The translations under genes were made by a program, and so were the position numbers. Source: Kayfunavirus LI10P1. Taken from it: DNA of 39,854 nt. Positions 24,876 to 32,817 of the stretch are shown piece after piece. Location of the stretch: sequence record OZ035803.1. The stretch is one strand, 5' to 3'. Below the pieces are notes generated by a model, which searched no databases, was not told the origin of the DNA, and saw only the letters and a list, made by a program, of their open reading frames with translations. Within the stretch, counting starts at the first letter, position 1. Each line of letters begins with the position of its first letter.

Positions 24876-25925
24876 ATGGCAAACGTTCCGGGTCAGAAAG
24901 TTGGTACAGACCAAGGTAAAGGCAAATCTGGTTCCGACGCTCTGGCGTTGTTCCTGAAGGTCTTTGCTGGCGAAGTCCTGACAGCATTCACTCGCCGCTC
25001 TGTAACTGCTGACAAGCATATTGTCCGTACCATTCAGAACGGTAAGTCTGCTCAGTTCCCGGTCATGGGTCGCACCTCTGGTGTGTATCTGGCTCCTGGT
25101 GAGCGACTGTCCGATAAGCGTAAAGGTATCAAACATACCGAGAAAGTGATTACCATTGATGGTCTGCTGACTGCCGATGTGATGATTTTCGACATTGAAG
25201 ACGCGATGAACCACTATGACGTGGCTGGCGAGTACTCCAACCAGTTGGGCGAAGCTCTGGCTATCGCTGCCGATGGTGCGGTACTGGCTGAGATGGCTAT
25301 TCTGTGTAACCTACCGGCTGCATCTGATGAAAACATCGCTGGTCTTGGCAAAGCGTCTGTGCTGGAAGTTGGTACTAAAGCAGGCCTGAACACTCCGGCT
25401 AAGCTGGGTGAAGCAATCATCGGTCAACTGACCATTGCTCGTGCGAAGCTGACATCAAACTACGTTCCTGCTGGCGACCGTTACTTCTACACCACGCCGG
25501 ACAACTACTCTGCAATCCTCGCGGCTCTGATGCCGAACGCTGCTAACTATGCTGCGCTGATTGACCCAGAGACTGGTAACATCCGTAACGTAATGGGCTT
25601 CGTGGTTGTTGAAGTTCCACACTTGACTCAGGGTGGTGCTGGGGAAACTCGTGGTGCCGATGGTATCACTATTGCGACTGGTCAGAAGCACGCCTTCCCA
25701 GCTACTGCTACTGGTGATGTTAAAGTTGCTCTGGACAACGTTGTGGGCCTGTTCTCTCACCGTTCTGCTGTAGGTACTGTTAAGCTGCGTGACTTGGCGC
25801 TGGAACGTGACCGTGACGTCGATGCTCAGGGCGACCTGATTGTTGGTAAGTACGCTATGGGTCACGGTGGTCTGCGTCCAGAAGCAGCAGGCGCACTGGT
25901 TTTCACAGCGGCGTCAGCGGGTTAA
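24876..25925 (+). CDS. 10A: Major capsid protein (T7 gp10A-like)
   Basis: 349 aa; LALFLKVFAGEVLTAF, GKSAQFPVMGRT, KHTEKVITIDGLLTADVMIFDIEDAMNHYDV, ALMPNAANYAALIDPETGNIRNVMGFVVVEVPHLT, HRSAVGTVKLRDLALER, KYAMGHGGLRPEAAGA collinear with T7 gp10A; strong RBS. Confidence 0.97.
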   Translation: MANVPGQKVGTDQGKGKSGSDALALFLKVFAGEVLTAFTRRSVTADKHIVRTIQNGKSAQFPVMGRTSGVYLAPGERLSDKRKGIKHTEKVITIDGLLTADVMIFDIEDAMNHYDVAGEYSNQLGEALAIAADGAVLAEMAILCNLPAASDENIAGLGKASVLEVGTKAGLNTPAKLGEAIIGQLTIARAKLTSNYVPAGDRYFYTTPDNYSAILAALMPNAANYAALIDPETGNIRNVMGFVVVEVPHLTQGGAGETRGADGITIATGQKHAFPATATGDVKVALDNVVGLFSHRSAVGTVKLRDLALERDRDVDAQGDLIVGKYAMGHGGLRPEAAGALVFTAASAG

Positions 25926-26188
25926 CGACCTTCAAGGCCCTCTCTACAGAGGGTCCTACCTTAGAGACGTATAGTTCTACGGTGGGAACCAGCCTGAAGG
26001 TTGACTTCCCTGAGCTTTCAGATGTGACCGATTGGTCGCTGCTTGAGGTGACTACGCCTGATGGTGTTAGCTACTCCCGTAGAACCAACAGTCTCTACTT
26101 CAAGGCCACCTCTGGCGTGGAAGGTCTGGTGATTGTTGGGTATGACGGTACGCCTGTGCGTTCCTTCAACGTATCTTTCACAAACTAA
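25850..26188 (+). CDS. 10B: -1 frame extension giving a minor capsid protein (gp10B-like) via programmed -1 ribosomal frameshift near 25898-25904
   Basis: The -1 frame relative to 10A is open from 25850 to stop 26186-26188 (my own codon-by-codon reading); the heptamer G-GTT-TTC (25898-25904) lies 7 codons before the 10A stop; a Tphi-like terminator follows at 26195. Confidence 0.5.
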   Translation, partial: VRYGSRWSASRSSRRTGFHSGVSGLTTFKALSTEGPTLETYSSTVGTSLKVDFPELSDVTDWSLLEVTTPDGVSYSRRTNSLYFKATSGVEGLVIVGYDGTPVRSFNVSFTN

Positions 26189-26194
26189 TTGAAA

Positions 26195-26232
26195 CCCCTT
26201 GGGTGCCTTCGGGTGCTTGAGGGGTTTTTTTT
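26195..26232 (+). terminator. Intrinsic terminator (T7 Tphi-like) after the capsid gene
   Basis: ccccttgggtgcc-TTCG-ggtgcttgagggg: 13-pair stem (with G-U pairs) capped by a UUCG tetraloop, followed by T8; parallels T7 Tphi (AACCCCTTGGGGCCTCTAAACGGGTCTTGAGGGGTTTTTTG). Confidence 0.8.
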
Positions 26233-26247
26233 GCTTAAGGAGGGACT

Positions 26248-26337
26248 ATGGTCCTTATTTACACAGGGTTAGCACTATTCGTCTTATTCTGGGCGTACCT
26301 GCTGTCCAGCTCACCGTCTAGCGCCTATGACCGTTAA
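26248..26337 (+). CDS. Putative small hydrophobic peptide (29 aa) between Tphi and gene 11
   Basis: AAGGAGGG 4-6 nt upstream of ATG 26248; MVLIYTGLALFVLFWAYLLSSSPSSAYDR (one predicted transmembrane helix); its stop overlaps the RBS of gene 11; below the track cut-off. Confidence 0.3.
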   Translation: MVLIYTGLALFVLFWAYLLSSSPSSAYDR

Positions 26338-26348
26338 GGAGTAAACCT

Positions 26349-26915
26349 ATGGCTCAATACATTCCACTGAATGCTAACGATGACTTAGATGCCATCAACG
26401 ATATGTTAGCAGCTATCGGTGAACCAGCAGTCCTACAGCTTGACGAAAGTAACGCTGACGTCTCGAACGCTCAACGTATCCTGCATCGTGTCAATCGTCA
26501 GGTCCAAGCTAAAGGCTGGAACTTTAACATCAACGAAGCTGCTGTCCTGACACCTGATGTCCAAGACAATAGGATTCGATTCCTGCCGTCTTACCTTCGG
26601 GTCATGACTGCTGGTGCTACCAGTTACTACAGCAACATGGGGGGCTATCTCTATGACCTGTCCACTCAGTCTACGACCTTCACTGGACCAATTACAGTCG
26701 AACTGGTGGAGATGAAACCGTTCGCTGAGATGCCTGTAGTATTCCGTGACTACATCGTTACCAAGGCTAGCCGTGAGTTCAACGCTAAGTTCTTCGGTAG
26801 CCCAGAGTCTGAACTGTACCTTCGTGAGCAGGAAGCAGAACTCTACCAGCAGGTGATGGAGTACGAGATGGACACTGGTCGCTACAACATGATGTCCGAC
26901 ATCGGGAGGGACTAA
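26349..26915 (+). CDS. 11: Tail tubular protein A (T7 gp11-like)
   Basis: 188 aa; DMLAAIGEPAV, NAQRILHRVNRQVQAKGWNFNI, FRDYIVTKASREFNAKFFGSPE, MEYEMDTGRYNM collinear with T7 gp11. Confidence 0.93.
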   Translation: MAQYIPLNANDDLDAINDMLAAIGEPAVLQLDESNADVSNAQRILHRVNRQVQAKGWNFNINEAAVLTPDVQDNRIRFLPSYLRVMTAGATSYYSNMGGYLYDLSTQSTTFTGPITVELVEMKPFAEMPVVFRDYIVTKASREFNAKFFGSPESELYLREQEAELYQQVMEYEMDTGRYNMMSDIGRD

Positions 26916-27068
26916 TGGCTAGTCACAACCACGAAACTGGTGAGGTTAGAGGTCTTCTCTGTAGGCACTGCAATAAGTCTCTAGGAGGTTTCAAGGACTC
27001 CCGTGAGATTCTACTAAACGCTGCTAAGTATCTGGAGGACACATGCCGCTTATCACACAAAGCATAAA
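26916..27068 (+). CDS. Mini endonuclease VII-like (zinc-ribbon HNH-type) ORF, 50 aa
   Basis: MASHNHETGEVRGLLCRHCNKSLGGFKDS.. matches the core signature of the T4 endonuclease VII family (HxHxTGxxRGLLCxxCNxxLG); ATG follows the gene 11 stop (TAATG); 3' end overlaps the start of gene 12 by 26 nt; below the track cut-off. Confidence 0.5.
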
Positions 27069-29400
27069 AAATCTTAAAGGTGGCATTAGCCAGCAGCCTG
27101 ACATACTGAGGTTCTCAGACCAAGTCGAGGCGCAGGTTAACTGCTGGTCATCAGAGAGTGATGGCCTCCAGAAGCGTCCACCTACAGTCTTCAAGCGACG
27201 TCTTAACATCGACGTTGGGAGCAACCCTAAGTTCCACCTGATTAATCGTGACGAGCAGGAGCAGTACTATATAGTGTTCAATGGGTCCAACATTCAGGTA
27301 GTTGACTTGAGCGGTAATCAATACTCAGTGTCCGGTGCGGTAGACTACGTTAAGTCCTCCAACCCACGAGATGACATCCGTGTCGTTACCGTGGCAGACT
27401 ATACGTTCGTCGTTAACCGTAAGGTTGTCGTCAAAGGTGGAAGCGAGAAGTCACACTCTGGTTATAACCGCAAAGCACGAGCTTTAATTAACCTGCGTGG
27501 TGGGCAGTATGGTCGAACCCTTAAAGTGGGAATCAACGGTGGCGTTAAGGTCTCGCATAAGCTACCAGCAGGTAATGATGCCGAGAATGACCCACCTAAG
27601 GTGGACGCTCAAGCCATTGGGGCAGCTCTGAGAGACCTTCTTGTTGCTGCTTACCCTACCTTCACGTTCGACCTTGGGTCTGGCTTCCTGTTAATCACTG
27701 CCCCTTCAGGGACTGACATTAACTCAGTGGAGACGGAGGATGGTTACGCTAACCAGCTAATCAGCCCAGTACTCGACACAGTGCAGACAATCTCTAAGTT
27801 ACCTCTTGCAGCTCCAAATGGGTACATCATTAAGATTCAAGGTGAGACCAACAGTAGCGCCGATGAATACTACGTGATGTATGACTCCAACACTAAGACG
27901 TGGAAGGAGACAGTGGAGCCGGGAGTTGTCACTGGGTTCGATAACACCACAATGCCACACGCTCTGGTACGACAATATGATGGCTCCTTTGAGTTCAAGA
28001 CTCTGGATTGGTCCAAGCGTGGTGCTGGTAACGATGACACAAACCCTATGCCTAGCTTCGTGGATGCTGCGATTAATGATGTGTTCTTCTACAGGAACAG
28101 GCTAGGGTTCTTGTCGGGTGAGAACGTAATCATGAGCCGTTCAGCCAGCTACTTTGCGTTCTTCCCTAAGAGTGTGGCGACATTGAGTGATGCTGATCCT
28201 ATTGATGTAGCTGTAAGTCACCCTCGAATCTCAATCCTTAAGTATGCCGTTCCGTTTAGCGAGCAGCTACTACTTTGGTCGGATGAGGTTCAGTTCGTGA
28301 TGACAAGCTCTGGGGTCCTTACCTCGAAGTCTATCCAGCTTGATGTAGGCTCAGAGTTTGCCCTAGGTGACAATGCCAGACCGTTCACTGTAGGACGCTC
28401 AGTCTTCTTCTCAGCTCCTCGTGGGTCATTCACCAGTATTAAGCGATACTTCGCTGTAGCTGATGTATCTGATGTGAAGGATGCAGATGATACAACTGGT
28501 CACGTACTGTCCTACATCCCTAACGGGGTGTTTGATATTCAAGGTACAGGTACTGAGAACTACATCTGCGTCAACTCTACAGGTGCATACAACCGAATCT
28601 ACATCTACAAGTTCTTGTTTAAGGACGGAGTACAGCTTCAAGCCTCTTGGTCACACTGGGAGTTCCCTAAAGATGATAAGATTCTGGCGTCTGCTTCTAT
28701 TGGCTCTACCATGTTCATCGTTCGTCAGCACCAAGGAGGGGTAGACATTGAGCACCTTAAGTTCATCAAGGAGGCAACTGACTTCCCCTCAGAGCCATAT
28801 AGACTACACATTGACTCCAAGGTGTCTATGGTAATTCCAATTGGCTCATATAATGCTGACACCTATAAGACTACGGTTGACATTGGTGCTGCTTATGGTG
28901 GCAACGCTCCGTCTCCCGGTCGGTACTATCTGATTGACAGTCAGGGTGCTTATGTGGACCTTGGGGACTTGTCCAGTATCTCTACTGTGATTACCCTCAA
29001 CGGCGATTGGTCAGGACGTACAGTGTTCATCGGACGGCCCTATCTGATGTCCTACAAGTTCTCACGGTTCCTGATTAAGATTGAAGATGATAGTGGCACT
29101 CAGTCTGAAGACACTGGTCGTCTACAGCTTCGTCGGGCTTGGGTCAACTACAAGGACACTGGCGCTCTGAGACTAATTGTCAGAAACGGTGAGCGGGAGT
29201 TCGTGAATACCTTCAACGGGTACACACTTGGTCAGCAAACCATAGGGACTACAAACATTGGTGACGGGCAGTATCGCTTCGCTATGAATGGTAACGCATT
29301 GACCACGAGTCTAACCTTAGAGTCCGACTATCCTACCCCAGTGTCAATCGTTGGTTGTGGCTGGGAGGCGTCATACGCTAAGAAAGCTCGTTCCGTTTAA
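27043..29400 (+). CDS. 12: Tail tubular protein B (T7 gp12-like)
   Basis: 785 aa; ITQSIKNLKGGISQQPDILRF, HLINRDEQEQYY, MVTVADYTFVVNR, NDVFFYRNRLGFLSGENVIMSR, ILKYAVPFSEQLLLWSDE, RLQLRRAWVNY, IVGCGWE collinear with T7 gp12. Confidence 0.96.
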   Translation: MPLITQSIKNLKGGISQQPDILRFSDQVEAQVNCWSSESDGLQKRPPTVFKRRLNIDVGSNPKFHLINRDEQEQYYIVFNGSNIQVVDLSGNQYSVSGAVDYVKSSNPRDDIRVVTVADYTFVVNRKVVVKGGSEKSHSGYNRKARALINLRGGQYGRTLKVGINGGVKVSHKLPAGNDAENDPPKVDAQAIGAALRDLLVAAYPTFTFDLGSGFLLITAPSGTDINSVETEDGYANQLISPVLDTVQTISKLPLAAPNGYIIKIQGETNSSADEYYVMYDSNTKTWKETVEPGVVTGFDNTTMPHALVRQYDGSFEFKTLDWSKRGAGNDDTNPMPSFVDAAINDVFFYRNRLGFLSGENVIMSRSASYFAFFPKSVATLSDADPIDVAVSHPRISILKYAVPFSEQLLLWSDEVQFVMTSSGVLTSKSIQLDVGSEFALGDNARPFTVGRSVFFSAPRGSFTSIKRYFAVADVSDVKDADDTTGHVLSYIPNGVFDIQGTGTENYICVNSTGAYNRIYIYKFLFKDGVQLQASWSHWEFPKDDKILASASIGSTMFIVRQHQGGVDIEHLKFIKEATDFPSEPYRLHIDSKVSMVIPIGSYNADTYKTTVDIGAAYGGNAPSPGRYYLIDSQGAYVDLGDLSSISTVITLNGDWSGRTVFIGRPYLMSYKFSRFLIKIEDDSGTQSEDTGRLQLRRAWVNYKDTGALRLIVRNGEREFVNTFNGYTLGQQTIGTTNIGDGQYRFAMNGNALTTSLTLESDYPTPVSIVGCGWEASYAKKARSV

Positions 29401-29424
29401 CTTATTGAATGGCCTATAGATTTA

Positions 29425-29447
29425 CCTTAACTATCACTATAGGGACT
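29425..29447 (+). promoter_or_regulatory. Phage RNAP promoter (phi13-like) embedded in a 12-bp inverted repeat
   Basis: cCTTAACTATCACTATA-GGGACT; +1 G at 29442; flanked by aatggcctatag (29407-29418) and ctataggccatt (29446-29457), which are exact reverse complements. Confidence 0.75.
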
Positions 29448-29476
29448 ATAGGCCATTAAGGTTATAAGGAGACTTT

Positions 29477-29947
29477 ATGTATATTCGTAAAGCTACGGAA
29501 CCGGATGTCCACTACTTTCTGTGGCATCTTTCAGCAGATGATGTTAATGAGTGCAAAGCAAACTACGGGTCAACCGTTGGTCTCTCTGAAAGACTGCTTA
29601 AGCACCTATCTCCGTCATCTGTGGTTTTAACGAACGGTGTAGGCGAAGTGTTTGCCTATGGTGGAAACCAAGGGGATAACGTATGGTTCTTGACTTCAGG
29701 TCTGGTCAACAAGCTGAGACCTAAAGAGAAGCGAGAGTTCATAAAGCGTATCTCTGAGTACAGGGACTTAATGTTAGACCAATACGGGACCATCTGGAAC
29801 TACGTGTGGTCAGGCAATAAGTCTCACATTAAATTCTTGAAGTTGCTTGGGGCTAAGTTCCATGATGATTGGACTATCAGCCCGGTAACTGGTGAGCGTT
29901 TTCAATTATTCACTATCTCTAAGGAGGACGTATGTGTGAACCCGTAA
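29477..29947 (+). CDS. 13: Internal virion protein (T7 gp13-like, by position)
   Basis: 156-aa ORF with RBS TAAGGAG, directly downstream of the phi13-like promoter and overlapping the start of gene 14; called mainly by synteny. Confidence 0.65.
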   Translation: MYIRKATEPDVHYFLWHLSADDVNECKANYGSTVGLSERLLKHLSPSSVVLTNGVGEVFAYGGNQGDNVWFLTSGLVNKLRPKEKREFIKRISEYRDLMLDQYGTIWNYVWSGNKSHIKFLKLLGAKFHDDWTISPVTGERFQLFTISKEDVCVNP

Positions 29948-30519
29948 GTATCGGCATGGGTATCATGGCTGTAGCCGGGGCCACTATGTCCGCATCCCAG
30001 CAGGCCAAGGCCGAAGGCGCAGCAATTGACTCTCAGAACCGACAGGCTCAGGAAATGGTTAAGCAGATGAACTACTCTGACGCCAACCTGAGGATGCAGG
30101 AGCGAGACCTGAAGGAACAGCAGATGGCTGAACTGACAGAGACCACGCTAAACGGTATCCGTAATCAGGGTATGGTCCGAGCTGCGGTGGCTGAGTCCGG
30201 TCTGGAAGGTAACTCTATGGACAGGATTGAACGTCAGGTCGAAGGAGATACAGTCAAGGAGCGAGCAGGGATTACCGAAAGTTACAACCGCGACTATGCG
30301 GCTATCTTCGGGAACCGTATCGCCAACATTGAGAACACCAAGTCTGCTATCCGTGGTCAAGGTAAGATCATCAAGACCAGTCCGCTGGCCCATGCACTTA
30401 ATGTTGCAAGCGCCGGGATGCAGGGGTACGCTGCTGGTAAGTCAATCTCTGGGGCATCAAGCTCTGGTGGTGCTGCACCGATTAGTGCTGCTAAAGGCAC
30501 ACCTACAGGTCATAGCTAA
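29932..30519 (+). CDS. 14: Internal virion protein B (T7 gp14-like)
   Basis: 195 aa; N-terminal MC.., GLEGNSMDRIERQVEG, ESYNRDYAAIF, C-terminal ISAAKGT parallel T7 gp14. Confidence 0.85.
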   Translation: MCEPVSIGMGIMAVAGATMSASQQAKAEGAAIDSQNRQAQEMVKQMNYSDANLRMQERDLKEQQMAELTETTLNGIRNQGMVRAAVAESGLEGNSMDRIERQVEGDTVKERAGITESYNRDYAAIFGNRIANIENTKSAIRGQGKIIKTSPLAHALNVASAGMQGYAAGKSISGASSSGGAAPISAAKGTPTGHS

Positions 30520-30530
30520 GAGGAGGACTA

Positions 30531-32813
30531 ATGGCTAGTAATATTGAATCAGCTCTGGCTAATCGGACTATTGGTCGTGGCAGAGCGCCTGGTAAAACTA
30601 TCGCCGTCAACTATCAAGCAGCCAGCGTTCAGGCTCCAACTGGTGACTCCGGTCTGGCTCGTGCGTTAACTAACTTCGTTGAGTCTGGGACAGGATTGTA
30701 CAAGCAGTTCAAGGACGAGGAGAAGACCAGAGCTGACGAGCGGTCTAACGAGATTATCCGTAAGCTGACTCCTCAGCAAAGACGTGAGGCTATCCAGAAC
30801 GGCACATTGCTGTATCAGGATGACCCTTACGCTATGGAAGCACTTCGAGTCAAGACTGGTCGTAATGCTGCCTTTGCTGTAGACGACGAGATTAACGTTA
30901 AGATTCAGAACGGTGAGTTCCGTACACGTCAGGACATGGAAGAGTATCGCCACCAGCGACTTCAGGACGCCGCTAAGTCCTATGCTGAAGAGGCAGGTAT
31001 TAACCCTACAGACGAGTTCTTCCAGCGTGGGTTCAACGATAACATCACAGACCGCAACATCGCTATCTACGGGTCATTCAATAAGTATTTCAGCAAGCAG
31101 TCTGAAGAGACAGCAATGTTGAACACTCGTATTGAGATGAACTCGTTCCTTAACGATGGGGACCTGATGCGTTCGCCTGAGTCTGGAAAGACCTTCATGG
31201 CCTACCTTCGGGATGGACTAACGACTGCCGCTATCCCTTCGGACCAGCGAGCACGAGAGGTAATTACCCAGACGGTACGTGACGCAATCCAGAAGTCTGG
31301 AGGCTCAAACTTCCTACAGCAAGTGCGAGGAGAGCGAATCACCCTTAATGGTGTGGACGCTACAGTCGAAGAGATTGTAGGACCTGATGTCTTCAACGCT
31401 GCTATTGTTGAGGCACAAGGAACTGAGTACAAGCTGGTGGCTAAGTATCAGGAAGACTTAGCGTTAGGCGTTCAGTCTGCGATTCTTCAGGATGACCCAA
31501 CCATTGGTCTTTCCCAGATTCAGAAACTCAAGGAGCAGAACAACCTGCTTCAGCCGGGTGAAGAACTAACGCCTCAGCGTCAGATGCTTATTAATGCCGA
31601 AGCCAGCTTACTGGAAGCGGTCAAGCGTAAGTCTGCTGAACAGGCAAAGGAGAACACTAAGTTAATCCAGACCCAGAACAAGCAACTGGTCATCGACCAA
31701 GTTTATCAGCGACGTCTGGCTGGGGACAACGTGTCCACCAACTATGAGGACCTTCCGGTCTCTGAAGCTACAGGAGAGTTCAAGCGTTCAGACATGAACA
31801 ACTATGCGTCTGCCAAGCTACATCAGATTGACCAGATGGACATCCCTGAGGCTGCTAAAGACGCACAGAAGGTGGCATTGTTAAGGGCTGACACTAACAA
31901 TGGTCCGTTCCGTAATGCCTTCCAGACGCTGACTCAGGACGCTGCTGGTGAGTGGCAAGCTGCGGTCATCCGTGGGCAGTACGACCCAGACAAGATGCAA
32001 CGCTTCGAATCTCTTCGTCGTGCCTACACTCAGGACCCTTCAAGTTTTGCTGCTCTGTATCCTGACCAAGCTCAGTTGTTCTCTACGTTCGACCAGATGG
32101 ACAAGATGGGTCTGGACCCTCAGACGATGATTGAAGCTGATAAGCAAGCTGCAAGTCAAAGCCGTGAGATGCGCATGGAGTCAGACAAGGCGTGGCAGGA
32201 GTTGAAGAATGACTCTCGGAATAAGGACCTTTCGCGTCTTCCTACGTCTCTGGACGCAAGTGCTCGTAAGGTCTGGGACTCATGGTACTATCGTACAGGT
32301 AACGCTGACGCTGCAACGCAGCAGACTCAACGCTGGCTGAATGAGAACACCGTAACGTTCCAGTCTGAAGGTTCTGACGGTAAGTCCCTCGGCATGGTGT
32401 CCAAGCACCAGCTTATGGTCGGGGATAACCCAGAGTCGTGGCAGGTTGGTCGAGACATTATCGACACCGCTCGTAAGCAGCTCATTAAGGCCAACCCTTG
32501 GGTAGTGAACTCTCAGTTGTCCGTTGTTGAACAGAACGGCTCTATCTTCCTCCAAGACGCTACAGGGACTATTCGTATTCGGTACGATAAAGAACTTGTA
32601 GGTAAACTCTACCGCGAACAACAGCAGAAGGCACAAGATGCCGCATACGCTCAGGCAGAACGTGACGCTAACAAGCGAGCGCGTATAGTCGGTACTAAAG
32701 CTGCTGGTGACAAACGTCGAGCTGACCGAGAGGCCAACATCGAGAAGCGCGGTGGGATGTATAATGACGTCTCACTGGAGGGTATCGCAAACGTACTAAT
32801 TGGTAAGGAGTAA
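30531..32813 (+). CDS. 15: Internal core protein C (T7 gp15-like)
   Basis: 760 aa; IESAL, DERSNEIIRKLTPQQRREAIQNGTLLYQDDPYAMEALRVKTGRNAA, EEYRHQRLQ, NTGEFKRSDM, GLDPQ, IRIRYDKEL collinear with T7 gp15. Confidence 0.94.
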   Translation: MASNIESALANRTIGRGRAPGKTIAVNYQAASVQAPTGDSGLARALTNFVESGTGLYKQFKDEEKTRADERSNEIIRKLTPQQRREAIQNGTLLYQDDPYAMEALRVKTGRNAAFAVDDEINVKIQNGEFRTRQDMEEYRHQRLQDAAKSYAEEAGINPTDEFFQRGFNDNITDRNIAIYGSFNKYFSKQSEETAMLNTRIEMNSFLNDGDLMRSPESGKTFMAYLRDGLTTAAIPSDQRAREVITQTVRDAIQKSGGSNFLQQVRGERITLNGVDATVEEIVGPDVFNAAIVEAQGTEYKLVAKYQEDLALGVQSAILQDDPTIGLSQIQKLKEQNNLLQPGEELTPQRQMLINAEASLLEAVKRKSAEQAKENTKLIQTQNKQLVIDQVYQRRLAGDNVSTNYEDLPVSEATGEFKRSDMNNYASAKLHQIDQMDIPEAAKDAQKVALLRADTNNGPFRNAFQTLTQDAAGEWQAAVIRGQYDPDKMQRFESLRRAYTQDPSSFAALYPDQAQLFSTFDQMDKMGLDPQTMIEADKQAASQSREMRMESDKAWQELKNDSRNKDLSRLPTSLDASARKVWDSWYYRTGNADAATQQTQRWLNENTVTFQSEGSDGKSLGMVSKHQLMVGDNPESWQVGRDIIDTARKQLIKANPWVVNSQLSVVEQNGSIFLQDATGTIRIRYDKELVGKLYREQQQKAQDAAYAQAERDANKRARIVGTKAAGDKRRADREANIEKRGGMYNDVSLEGIANVLIGKE

Positions 32814-32817
32814 CATA

